This document shows, piece by piece, positions 50,198 through 63,300 of a stretch of 64,000 bases of DNA. The notes beneath the pieces were generated by a model. It did not search any database. It had not been told where the DNA came from and saw only the letters and a list, made by a program, of their open reading frames with translations. The stretch spans positions 496,001-560,000 of the forward strand of contig OZ316775.1 in assembly GCA_973851085.1 (NCBI GenBank). The letters run 5' to 3'. Made by a program: the position numbers and the translations under genes. Origin of the DNA: Ptychomitrium polyphyllum (taxonomy: Eukaryota). Position 1 is the stretch's first letter. The number at the start of each line of letters is the position of its first letter.

Positions 50198-52767
50198 ATG
50201 GCGATGTTTCTGGGGCCTGTGGCGATGCGCGTGAAGCGATGGGCTGCTGGTTCCGCTGCGGTGATAAGCGCTCTTTCTGGAAGCGTGAGTTTTTTATCGT
50301 CTTCGAGTGGTGGCAGCGGACGAGGGGAAGCTCCGGTATGATCTAGTTTGTTGCTTTTCCAACTTCGGTCATGAGAAAATCCAATTCCGATTTCTATCCG
50401 GATGGATGACCTTGGAAGTGGTTTTCCAGGATGTGGGGTTCATCGGTCTTGGCAACATGGGCAGTCACATGGCGGCCAATCTGCTTAAAGCGGGCCACCA
50501 TCTTACCGTGCATGACAGGTTCGGTTTTTCTTCTCTCTTTCGGTGATCTGCAATCTAGTTGAGCTCATTGTGACCTTGTGATGCATTCTCCTCCTGTTTC
50601 TAGAGATACGCTATGTGATCTAGGTCTAGGGCGCACAAGATCTTGTTCGGCTCACTGAATTGGATGGCTATGTGGGTAATCTTGAACAGGAATGAGGCAG
50701 TGGTGCGGGCATTTGCTGAACGAGGGGCGAGTATAGCTCAAAATCCCCGTGAAGTTGCAGAGGCTAGCGACGTTGTGATCACCATGCTGCCATCTTCACC
50801 GCATGTGTGCACCTCTCATCTTCGTTATAGCTTGTGTGCACACTTTCAGAGCTATTCTAGGGCTTCTGTAGATGGCATTGAAGTGTTGAATTGTAGTTTA
50901 GCAGTATTCCAGCTCACAGCGAGATTTTCAGTATTTTCTCGCAGTCTATACTCTAGTGACCTGACATCGTAACCTAACCTAATTGCAGAGATCAGTGTTT
51001 CTCTTGCATTTGTATTATGAATCGTCTCGGAGTTGACGTGCAGTTTGATTTGGGCAGGTTGAAGAGGTGTACACAGGGCGTAATGGAATATTGACCAATG
51101 CTGGAGCAATGAGGCCGTCCTTACTTATCGACGCATCCACCATCGATCCTCACACCTGCCGCATACTTGCAGCCAAAGTTGCCAAGTGCACACTTTTAAT
51201 AAACTCAAGTATGTAATGCTAGGGAGCTGCTAAAGTGATTTGTGTTGGAGAATTAGTGGTTCTTTTTGGAAGGCTTAATTAGTTGGTTTGATTCTGAATG
51301 CTCATGGCTGCATGGTTGTAGTTTGTGACTGATGCAGAAAACATAGGTGCTGGGGAGGTGCCAGTGGTGTTGGATGCGCCTGTTTCAGGTGGCGTGGTAG
51401 GCGCTGAAGCTGCAACTCTCACATTCATGGTACAATCTCCCTTTCTTAACCGCTAGTTTCTTATTAATTATTTGTTCTCTTTCGTTTTTCTCAGTCTATC
51501 ACTGTTAGAAAAATTCCTCCATATTGCACTGATGATGTCCTTGAAACAAGGTTCTTAAAGGATCGCCTCATAATGTTTTTGGTGTCATGAAGGTGGGAGG
51601 ACGTCAAGAAGGTCTACAAGCTGCTGAGCCCCTCCTTCGTGCCATGGGCTCACGGGTAGTTTATTGCGGAGGCACAGGCAATGGTGCTGTAAGTTTTGTT
51701 TCTTGAGTACTCTCTTCATGCTCTTATTGAGGATGAAAAGCAAAATTGTTTGTTTTTCTTTTCTTTGAGCTTAGATCTTATAAAGGTCGAGTTGGTGATT
51801 CTGCAACTGAGGTTCACCTTGTTTGACTTATTCACATTGTAGGCTGCCAAGGTTTGCAACAACCTAGCCTTGGCGATCAGCATGGCAGGGGTTTCCGAAG
51901 CTCTGGCGCTTGGACAGCAGCTTGGCATTGACGCGCACACACTCTCAAACATATTCAATTCTTCATCAGCCCGTTGTTGGAGCAGGTAGGCTTTGAAGAA
52001 TCTAGTGATAAGCTGTAACGATTTAAATCAATTGTACTTATTCATTGTGGATGTAATGAAACTGGCATTTACTTGTCTCATCGCCCTGCAGTGACACATA
52101 TAACCCAGTTCCAGGCGTCATGGCCAATGTACCTGCCTCCCGTGATTACAAAGGCGGTTTTTCTTCCCAGTTGCTGGTATGATCAATTTACATTATTCCA
52201 TCCATACGTTGATTTGAGTGTTTGATTTTGCAGAACCTTGGGTCTTTGCCCCTTCGACGGTTACAGTGCACTAAATTCTCCTTGGATCGACTGTACCCAT
52301 CATGATACACCTGCTTCGAAGTTTGAATACCGCATACTAGCTTGAGAGCTAGGAACGTCTTGCTGTATGTGGGTACTGACGTTATGAATAATTTGTGTGG
52401 CACTTACACATGGCAGGCAAAAGACGTGGGATTGGCGCTTGCAGCTGCCGAGGAATCCGGAGCGGCAGTCCCGTTAGGGAAGAAGATATTGGAAATGTGA
52501 GTTTATCCAGCAGCAATTTTCTGTGAATTGCTGCTGGATGATTCTGGTATTTTCTGGCCTATTTCATTCGTGTATATTTCGAAGTGCAATAGCTTTTGCG
52601 CTGATCACTTAACTGGAGTCATCCTTTACAGTTCTGTGTCTGATTAGTATCGATGACAATTGTGTAGGTACTATATTCTTTGCAAAGCTGGACACAGCAG
52701 CTTGGATTTTTCAAGCATTTTTCAGTATTATTACGAAGGCAAACCTGAGGGTAAGCCCAGAGACTAG
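50198..52767 (+). CDS. HIBADH: 3-hydroxyisobutyrate dehydrogenase, mitochondrial, about 359 aa
   Basis: Exons 50198-50335, 50430-50518, 50690-50804, 51058-51208, 51347-51429, 51593-51688, 51843-51985, 52092-52176, 52417-52496, 52668-52767 (1080 nt). Motifs: [100 protein letters not shown]. Confidence 0.95.
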
Positions 52768-53717
52768 TTTTGAATTGCTGTAACAAAAGTGCTGCAACGA
52801 TACGGTATACATTCGAAATAACAGAGGATGCTTGATGTTTCACGCACGCTTAGCGTCGCTTACCTTGATTGTGCTTCGGTTTGCTTTCTCTCTGCTTTCA
52901 ATATTCATCGAGTGTGGAAGCGCTGACGATATATACGCCTGTCGCCAGAAAAGAGAACTGAAATCGAAGATACAGTGAGAACGCTATAAGCATAGTGTAG
53001 TGCATACTGACCAGATCTTAAACAAACAAATATCGAGGAATAGATCCGAGCTTTGTGACAACAGCATGTTTCATGAATTTTTACATGAGTTACTCAGACT
53101 CGATGAGTTAACACTTTATGTTGTTTGAATGTGTTTGAAGTATGGCTGGTTGCACCACTTCCTTTAACATTGAGATTCTGCATTTAGTTACAAATCTATG
53201 TTCTGATGGTTGAGCCTGATTGTCCCAAACTGGGTATCAGTTAAATATCAGCTAAAAAGTATCTTGAAAAAATAACACATTGAAATCAGATCACTGATCA
53301 TGGCACAAGACAAACGCGTCAGTATATGAAAAATGCAAAGGTTGAAACTCATTTCCCAATCGTTTTATACCCATGTGTTGAGACAGAGTTGGATTTCAAT
53401 TTAATATGAATGAGAACTCTCACTATAAGTTCCATGATCCAACTTGTTTTCCTGCCGTTTGCACGCATGCTCATATTCGTTATATTGGGAAAAAATGCAC
53501 GTTTTGAGGCTTCCATCCCTAGTCTTGGGAAGTCTAAAATGTTTTAAATTGGGACTCTCAAATGTCCCAATTTAATGAATATGGTGTTATGCGGTCTAAT
53601 AACAGAGCATATGCCACTGGTTCTCCTGATTATTCATTGTTCTTCCTATGGTTCTGTACTTGAAATCTCACATTCCGGCGGATGGGCTCATTGCAGGCTT
53701 TAGCTCGTACTAGAAAA

Positions 53718-54500
53718 TTAACAGGGAGGGAACTGTCTGCGCCGGCACGCTTTGCCTGCTACTCTCGTACCGCCTCTCTCAGCTTGGAAAGGCAGGTCTT
53801 CAGCAGGCTTCTCGTGATACATATTGTCAACAAACAGCACGACAGGACGCGAACCAGTTGGGCAGGCATAGGAAAGCCCTAAAACCCCCCATTGGGTGGC
53901 AGCCTTCTCCTCATCCCCCAAAAACTCAAATGCTCTATTTGCTGTGACAAGGCGCCTTCTGATGTCAAAATATGCGTCGACGACGTGAAAATGAAGTGGA
54001 AGCTACGTTGCGATGGTGTCGTGGAGAGAAGGGTAGTTCACGGCATAGGAGCCCAAAGAAAGCCTTTCGAACACGCACCGCACGCTCTGAGTGCCGAAAG
54101 CGGCAGTTTTGAGGTCGGGAATGAAAACCTTCCATCCGCAAACTAATTCGACATCGACCGTGGTGCACGTCCACAGATGCCTGGCCGCCAGCTGCTATTG
54201 CACCCAGGCGTCCAGCGGGGATGGCCTCCCGTGACGGCCTTCACCATGATCCGCACTTCAGATTGATCGCAGAGATACGACAGCTTGCTCTTCTCGAGGA
54301 GGTTTTGTTTGTGTTTTTCCCGCTCTGCCTCAAGGATGCGATTGGCTTGGCCCGGGAGGAGGTAACACCCACAGGATCACACGGCAGAACTAAAGGCCGT
54401 GGATCAGTGACCGTGAGACAATCCTCCATGTCTGCAAGTCCAGTACTCATTGAATCCTCCCGGGCTGGCATTGCGTGAATTTTTCTATAGCCTGCTCTGC
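53718..54500 (-). pseudogene. intronless degenerate ORF of unidentified family
   Basis: One frame runs about 170 codons with only two internal TAG stops (PLDAWVQ*QLAARHLW..WKVFIPDLKT..YPSLHDTIAT*LPLHFHVVDAYFDIRRRL..AFEFLGDEEKAATQWGVLGLSYACPTGSRPVVLFVDNMYHEKPAEDLPF). A frameshifted upstream part reads GQANRILEAEREKHKQNLLEKSKLSYLCDQSEVRIMVKA. Confidence 0.4.
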
Positions 54501-55906
54501 TCATAATCGAAGGCGCTTGTGCTTGCATGCACTAAGAAAGAAATCAGGCTGCAGGCATGGATACGGGCAGCCAAACCTATGTTGTGCCTCAAAAACTTAC
54601 TTGATTGCGAAGCGGAATGGCTTAGTGAGCTTGAATCCACCACAATTGCAGCAGCAGATAGCTAATAGCGGGAATAGAAGTGTCACTATTAGACAAACTT
54701 GAAGTACACATGCGCAAACCCCCCGCTCTTATGCGAGAAATACTCTAGGTACTTCTTTCTTTGCTAAATCTGCTAGAGACACTAAGTGTTGTTCGAGTAC
54801 ATAATTTGTCTAAGTACTTCTCCTTTGATCTGAAGTTAATGCATCAGATCAGTTCAGTATGGCAGGGATTTCCGGAGCTCTGACGCTGGAACCGGAGCTG
54901 ATTAATATGTTTAGCTCATCATCTGCCCGAAGTTGTTTCTCAAGAAATTTGCAGCACTAGTTTTGTAAAGGCAAACTTGATCGAATCTCCGTAGATTAAA
55001 TCTTGAATTTTCTGCATCAAAAGAGCTGCATCGAACAAGGTACACATCCGGATTCTGGAAGACCAGAGGATGCTTTGTGATTCACGTACACTAAGCGTCC
55101 ACGTATCATGTGCAGAACGAGGCTGCAGAAAGCTTACCTGCTTCGAACATTCATCGAATGTGAAAGGAGAACTGGAATTGAAGACCGAGAAACGCAACAC
55201 TTTAAACATACAAATTTCAAGCATTCGAGGATCTTGAAGAACACGTACATAGCCTGTAAAGGTAAACATGCGCTTCACAGGTCTTCATATCTGTGGACAA
55301 GAGTGTGAAAATTTAAATTTCGTGTTATCTGGAGTGCTCGAACAAGTACTGCCAGTAGCTCAAATTCTTTCCACTGTGACAACATTTGATATACCACTGT
55401 GCAAGATTACTTCAACTGTTCAAGAAGGAACAATAACACTTGAATCTCAATGTTATGACTTTCTTGAAGAAAATGACATACAAAACTCAGATCACTTTTG
55501 TTACGAGATAAATAAATCTTTATATCAAAATGCAAGGGTTGAAACCTCATTCCTAAATGCTGTATGGCACGTGTTGAGATGTCACTCTCATACAATTATA
55601 TTGAGATTCAAATCGATAGGAAGCTAACTCTCGGTGTGCAAAACTTGAGGTGAGAGCATTCTCTTGATCAAGACCTTAATTGCACCCGTCCGTGCACTTG
55701 GTACTAGCTAGTTAACTTTGTGAAGGCCTTGAGTTCAAACTCCCGGATGAGTAAAATTGGAGAAAGGCTAGAATTAAATCTGCCCTTCAATAGGAACTTT
55801 CAACTCCTGTATTTGAAAGTCGAAAATCATCGGCAAGATGGCCATCTAATTGTTTGGTGGAGAAACGTCCCAGATTTTCGTTAAAATTTGACATTCCCCA
55901 TAATTC

Positions 55907-58900
55907 TTATGAGCTGTCGTCGTCATCGCTATCGCTGGAACTCTTGACTTTCTCATTTTTCTCGTCCTGATCGTGGTGATGCTCATCATCATATGTTCTG
56001 TACTTTCTGAAATCTCGAGCTGCTTCTGCTGCTTCTTGGCGCTCAGTGAAGGTGTTGAGGCCTTCTATTAGGGCAGCTGGTGCAAATAGTGCCGTGCCTT
56101 TGTTTTCTTCAGCGTCAATGCAAAACGATAGGAGCACAGTATCCAGTGCCATTTCCGCGGCTGCAAAGAAAATCGATGCGGTGATGTAGGCAAACCCCCA
56201 AGAGAACTGTAACAGCCACAACATGAAATCAATTGGACACGTCCAAGACAAAGCACTTAATAGATTATTTAAGACACAATGAGAACGATATGAAAATTGT
56301 TAAGGCTACTTAGATCAAGCACAACCTTTTGATAGTAATTCAGATTAGGAAAAGAGAAGACTAACCAGCACAGGAAAAAGTGGTGATGACACCCTGCTTT
56401 GGGTGGTTTTGTAACGATGTGTGTCAAGCATGAGGAAGGAAAATAGCGCGCATGCAAAACTAACACACAGCTTGCCCAGGAAGAGTATAAGGTCTCCAAT
56501 TACAATGACATCACCCACTTTAGTTGCATTGTTCACTACTAACTTGGTAGCCTTCTCTGCTGCCTTCCAGAACTCCTTCCCTGAAACCGCTATCTGCATT
56601 TGAAAACCCAGATACCCACTGTCATTGTTAACTACTTCAAATGATCTCATCAGCTTAACTCCCGTGTAAAATAAACCGTGATGGGCTAATTATGATTCCA
56701 CAGTTTTAGACAGTTACCACAATGAAGGCGTTCCGGTTTATGTGAGTGAGTGTCCAGTCAAGACAACCCAAGCAACATGAACCAGAGCGGCCGTGGGTTG
56801 AAATTACTGTTCCATTGGGCATGGTCACTTGGGAACTCTTCAGCTTCGTCCTTAAGTTTTGAAGGAAAAACTGTGCAAATTCAACAGGTGGAACAACAAG
56901 TGACCCAAGTGCCATCGATCCAAGATTAAACTTCGTTACATGCTTCGCCGTGGAAACTACAGGAAGCCAACCCATTCCCTTCCAGCTCGTTCCATCACCT
57001 CCATTCCATACCTGCCACAGCACATCAGACCTTCAAATTTCAATTATAGACATCATCGCCGACAAATTCTGCACAATAATCTGCGTAATATTAAATGCTG
57101 GTCAAGATTTGGTTCAGAAGCTTACAGCAGTTTCACCTTTCGTCCAATAGTACGAGGCAATGGCACCAGCAACAGTCGTGAGCGTACTCGCTAGTACGAA
57201 CTGGGTGACCCAGTAAAGGCTGAAAAAATGGTATAAAATAGCCCAGACAATGTGTTTCCTATGATGAAACTTGAATCCACAACATAATTTTGTTGCTTGA
57301 ACCTCCCCAGCACTGAAGAGGTATAATGTTGCTGCTACCCAGTAGATGAGAAAGATTCCCAAAATGAAGAAGGGAACGAGAGGATAGATTAAGAGGCTTG
57401 GTATAGCAACAACAGATTGCAAGGACACCTACAAAACAAACAGAACAGACCTAAAGAGTCAGATATCTGAGTTGGACTTCACTATACATCTAATCATAAC
57501 AATGACACATTTTGTAACTTCATTGCATCCTACTAACTGCTAAGCGGTTAGCTTACCTTGATGATTTTAATGGCAATAGAAATGCGGTGAAGCAGAGCTA
57601 CCGTCACTAGTACAGTCAGTATAAGCGCGAAGGTCACAAACACAGCTACGATTTTCATGTGGCTTTGTTCCTGCAAAATCAGAAAAATAGGAAATTTGAA
57701 GCCATGGTCATACCCATGCTTCCAGACGGTTGTCCGGCAGGCTACATACCAAATATCATAATGTATAACCAACAAGATTAAAGCACAACATTCAGTTGAG
57801 TCTGATATGGCCTTTAGTTGATGCAATCAATCGCCTTCCTCCTGTATATTGTAGCATTTGAAATAACACACAATTGGAGAATGTGGCTTACGCTTGAGGA
57901 GGCCCAGATAAGAGAATCTGAGGCTTTAGATCCAATAACGGCTGTAATAGCATCATGACCTATCCACCCCACTGTAGAGAGAGGCAAACGAATAAGGCCA
58001 TAAGCACTGTAAAAACAATCAATGCACTAATCGACGAAGCATTCTGTGCAGGAACTTCTTGAAAACTTTGGTTCAAATTTAGAAGAGCGAAACTTCAAAA
58101 TATCTAAAACAAAACGGCATCAAAGACCTTGAATATCAGAATTGGTCTACAAACCTTTTACATAGAAGAAAAGGGTGACAAGCAGGGCAAGTATGTTCAG
58201 AAGCAAAAGTGTGATCCACACTGTTGGTCGTATGAAGTAACAGAGGAGGATGAGCCAGGAAACAGAGAACAGTAGCGGAACTAGGCCTCCAAATAAGAGC
58301 AAAACAGGCCAGGCTCTTCCCAGATCCGCAATGTAACGCTGCATTCCATACGAGCTCAAATTCAGTACAGACATCAACTCCAAGCAACTAACAACATAAA
58401 CTTTGCTTACGCTATTTATATGTCTTTAAATGAGATAGCCAATCTAACAGGACTGTGCCGACACACTGGTGCTATTCACGTCATTTACCTGGAAGGTGGC
58501 AGATGAAGAGGTCAAAACGCGATCAACTGCTTTTACTATGAGGGGTCCCGAGGAAACGTCTGTTCCGTTGAGACTCTTCCAAATACTCATCGTCCGGTTA
58601 TCGGGAAATGGCGCCAATTGACACCTCCAGAATACTGGACATCCAACAGGAATTATTTTGATGTTCAACGACGACGATTTCAGTCCTATGAAACTAAACC
58701 AGAACGAATTTCTGTGTCAAAATATTAATGCCAGAAAACTGTTACACCTGCTTTATATATACCCAAGAAGCTCATTTTTATTCATTCATATTAGAAGTTC
58801 AAATGACTGAAGCCTGTGTAATTCAAAGTCAGGTATTGCTTCAAATACCATTAGTGCTTTGGAAAAGCACGGGATAACAGGGTCCTCCGAATTTCATTGA

Positions 58901-59628
58901 CGAAGCTTGCTGGTCCGTTGATAACAAGTTGAAGTAGTTGTAGTCCCGCTTCACCCATTCTGCCATTGAAACGTTTTTCATTGGTCCCTCAGGGTAATCA
59001 CATATCCAAGCAATGGTGTTGTTTGATCCAAGTCTCGGGCAATCTCTCAAACAAACACTCCTCGAGTTTGTAAGCTTGAATGGGTTCGCCCTCTCCCCGG
59101 CAAGGAACAACTGAGAGGGATTCACCCAGTACAAGACACCGAGCCCCTTCAGGCCTGGCGTAGCCCTCTTGTTACCACAGACATTACCTTTGTAATCAAG
59201 CCCATGCACCAGTCTGCAACAGTCATTAAGGAACTAAACATGAGAAACCATAGCCAAGCATTGATATTTAAAAGAAAGATGGCAAGGTAGAGATTGGTCT
59301 AAACATCGGATTTTCCAAGACCTAAACTTCAGCAATTGCCAGATTTGGACAGAATACTATCAATGATGGCGCAAGGAGCTCACCTCAAAGGATTTCCCTT
59401 ATTGAATCCGAAGCTAGTCTCCACAATGAAACCAACACAAAACACAAGAAAGACGACCAGGAAAACAATGTCCTGGCATTTGTGGATCCTTTTGATGCCT
59501 GGTTTGCGTCGATCTCCACCCGCTTCGTTTTCTGGCCCAGTGGATGCAGCGGATGGGTAAAGAGGTGTGGAGTTTGGTCCCTCTCCCCTAGGAGTCCCGG
59601 TTCTGGATTCGTCATGACCGTCGACCAT
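55907..59628 (-). CDS. CTL1: choline transporter-like protein (SLC44/CTL family), CTL1/CHER1-like
   Basis: ATG at 59628. Motifs across about 10 GT-AG exons: HKCQDIVFL..SFGFNKGNPLRLVHGLDYKGNVCG; SVCLRDCP..WICDYPEG; GPCYPVLF; FWRCQ; RYIADLGRAWPVL; YWVTQF..TVAGAIASYYW; FNLGSMALGSL; INRNAFI..IAVSGKEF; VIGDLILFLGKL; EMALDTVLLSFCIDAEEN.GTA.FAP. Stop at 55907-55909. Confidence 0.93.
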
Positions 59629-61849
59629 TCTTTGACGTAGCACTCACGGCTATTTAAAAGATTGAGTCTTCTTCAATTTCACCCACACAATCCAGTCACA
59701 AAGATATCATTCACGTGACCAGTGAACAAGTAGCATCACTGCAAATTACCTTTTAGGTTTGAAGCGAGCGACAATGAACAGCAAACCACAGCTCGTGTAC
59801 TAATTGAGCTGCAGCATCATGATCGTCTCTAGTCCCCTCCTCTATGTATAGATGAAACTCAACCATGCCCAGTCACACAGCAGGCTCAAGACAATGTACG
59901 TCACAAACATTGACTTATCTCCCTCCTCAATAATAAGTGTTACAGAAGGCCACAATGCCCATCTCCATGCCAGGCGGAATTTGAACCGAGGCAGAGCTCT
60001 AACATTCTAACAACAACAGGAGCCAAGAAGGACAATGTCCACTACATGATCAATCAAGTCTTTTCCTGAAGCTTGGAACAAGGAGCAACCAATAACTTCC
60101 ACAGCAGCCAACAACGTCACTATTCCAAACTCAACAGGCACAGGAGTAGTTCATGAAAAGCAGCGCCATGGTCCATCATAGTACACACCCACACTCATCA
60201 CCAACAAAAACTTGGTAAGAGAACGGCATGAAGTGGAAACAGAGGGAAGCATTTGCTACCTTAATACCCACCAACAGTGGTTATATGCAAAGCACTGTTC
60301 AACAAGCGAGAACAGCAAAAAACAAAACTAGTCCGAAATGGAAGTCAATTTGTACTGAGCAAGCCAAGCTCCTGCTCCTCATGACACACACACTTGCAAT
60401 GAAGGAATTTGACCTTGCAAGAGAAAGAGTATGAAGCAGGGGGGGGTGTCAGTGCGAAAAACTGGAAGTTAAAGCAGCGTGAGATGGAGAGGACAAAAGA
60501 GTAAGGGCAGCCATGAAGATGATTGAAGGCGGCAACCTGGACGTCGTCTCACACACGTCAAGGACAAAGACACAATGGGGCAGATCTCATGCTGCAGGGA
60601 TGGTACCCCAGACCGCATCACACGATCCAAATTTTCCCATGCAGTCAAGATATCACCAGCAGGAGGCCGCCGGACGGATCTCCCCGACCAACGGTAACCG
60701 CTCTGCACGCGTGCGACCAGGGCCGGTTCTGCCCTCTGCAAGCGGCGGAGCTCCGCGTCCAGCGGTCAGAGGGTTCAGATCGTCCTGCCTCACTTCAACT
60801 CGCGCTCTGCTGCCGCCCCGCGGTCGGGGTCTGGTTGGGCTGTGGTTAGAATTGAGCTCGCTCCCGTCCGGTGGAACGTGGCTTCCACCGCCGGTCCGGG
60901 AATCCAACAAAGATTTAGGCCAATTTATCGACCTGGAGCCGTGCGGAGGCTGCCATTACTCGTTCCATCACTTGTCTTAAAATACTTTTAATTCCTGCCA
61001 TTAAGTAAATGCAGCTATTTCTATTTGAGCTCTAAACCGTCAGCTTCATGGTGTGTGGTAATTGGTGGACGGATTTAAAAATTGGGATTCAATTTGAAGG
61101 GGCTAGGCTTTGTGAAGGTCACCCACTTCATCAACGTTGGACAGTTTGAATGCGCCGTCAAATTGAAAACTCTACTGGCGGTTCCCGGTTCCTCAGGGTT
61201 GGTGACTGGGTAACACCGGTGCAGCTCTTTGGGTCTTGCAAGTGGTAGCTCCGTTGAAGGCAATTTATGGTGAAATTCCATTCCAGAGTTTTACTGTGAT
61301 CGAAAAATTTATTTTCTTCCGGAAGTAAGTTACTGAGTAGGTAAATCTTGTTCAAAGTTATTAAAGTGTAAGATATGAGTGTCTCATATGATTGTGGTAC
61401 TGAGTGACTTTGACAGTATGGGTTTCTCCCATTTATGTACATCTTCATGACAGGTTGTACAATTCCGGGTGGTACTGATCAAAAGATAGGTACCTACACT
61501 GATTCAAAAGCCTACTTGAAACTTGAAACTTCAGGTTCAAAGTAGTCGTATAATTCTTCCATATTTTGACAAGTTCAGGTAAAGTATCAATATTCAAAGT
61601 AATGGTTTAAATTATAATTATTAAATACTTTGGAGCAGTGTTTGAATCCAATATTCCATATCTTAGAGACAAGTTTATCATTTCATTTTTCTTATACTAA
61701 TCTTAGATAGAAATTTTGAATTTTTATGTTTACCTTGTTAATTTATTGATATTGTCACCTAAAGTGTTAAAAGAAGCTTGTGGACTTTATTAGCATGCCT
61801 TAGGAATCTCTATGATTGTCCACTTCTAAAGTATTATTCTACCTTAACA

Positions 61850-63300
61850 AATATGATGAATTAAAAACATAACTTAGATGAATTATATTCATCTATTTTC
61901 AGTACTATAGCTTTGATATTGTAGATGCCTTTTTTACAACCCAGCCAATAGTTCATCGACTTCCAATACCAACAATCCTATTGATGCTTCAATATTTATA
62001 ATAGAGCCCAAGTGGTATCTACCATTGCCAATTATATTTGTACGAGTAATTTTTCCACCAACTCTACGTTTAAACACCGCAAGCATTTAGCTTTCAAAGC
62101 TATTCCATTCATATTTATTGACAATAGCTTCTACCGCCAAGGCAAAGATCTCATTCTTTGCCGCTACGTATCTTTTATCGAGATATCGTAGATCCTTACT
62201 AAACTCTATAATGGTACTTCCAGTAGACACATTTTGGTCAACATCACTGTTAAAAAATCCACAATGCTGGTTATTGGTGGCTAACCTTTTACAAAGATAC
62301 TTTCAATTATTATCAAACTTGCCTTACATGTCAACAAACTGGCAACCTTACAAAATTAGTCACCACCAAATTAATTGCACATTTACCGACTGAACCTTTT
62401 ATGGAATGGAGCTTGGATTTCATTGGTTACTCTTCCTTCTACCTGACACCATGGTCATTAGTTCATACTATTTGCTATCAATTATGCTATTAAGTGGATC
62501 AAAGGCATTACTTGAAAAAACAATACCGCCTTCAAAACTGCCCAATTCCTCTATGAGCACATCCTCATCCGCTTTAGCTGCCCCTTCCACATTGGTAGTG
62601 ACCAAGGTGTACATTCCAACAACTCGGTAATCTAAATACTAATGGAACATTTCTTTATAAAACATACAACATTGACAACATACTACTCCCAAAGAAATGA
62701 ACAGGCTGAGTCTACCAACAAGGTTATTTTTGGCATGTTCCAAAAACTTGTGGATGAGCACCGCATGGGTTGGAACATTTATCCTTCTACAGCCATGTTG
62801 GCCTACCAGATTGCGTACAAAACTTCTATTAGCGACTCTCCATTCCAACTTTTATATGGCCTACTTCTCCTCATGCCAATTGAATACCTAGTACCTACCT
62901 CTTATACCTCTAGTAACCAAACTTTCAACCATCACCATATTCTTGCTGCTCAAATTATTGACTTGAAAAAACTGGACAAAAATTGCTTACATGCCCAAGA
63001 CCATCAAGGCACATCACAATAGAACCGCACTCAACTCACCATAGCTTGAAGTAAGAATATCACTTTTAATCTTGGTGATTATATTCTTTGGTATCCAAAA
63101 GGAGCCAATTTTTATATTGGTAAACTAAACAACAAATGGTATGGTCTATACCGCGTCCAGTACCTATTACTAAATAGTACAGTCTCACTCGTAGCCTTAA
63201 ACCACTTTGTTCCTAATTGTATCATTATAAATGTGAATAAATTCAAAACCTATTGATCTTGAAGAATCTCAAATCCGCCTAGTTGTAGCTTCCAATCTAT
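61850..63300 (+). mobile_element. degenerate Ty3/Gypsy LTR-retrotransposon pol fragment (integrase), with stops and frameshifts
   Basis: Zn-binding remnant (THFGQ..AGYWWLTFYKD..YYQTCLTCQQTG), PFMEWSLDFIG, AQFLYEHILIRFSCPFHIGSDQG, TTYYSQRNEQAESTNK..W......LAY.IAYK..ISDSPFQLLYG, and a GPY/F-like KWYGLYRV near 63135. No LTR boundary identified; the element may continue to the window end. Confidence 0.85.

Noticed and set aside
53718..54240. Stop-codon readthrough or U-to-C editing rescuing the two TAG codons
   Set aside because: Nuclear context and an additional upstream frameshift make ordinary pseudogene decay simpler.
60513..60980. 155-aa plus-strand ORF and overlapping ORFs
   Set aside because: GC-rich promoter/5'UTR region of the CTL1-like gene; no protein motif.
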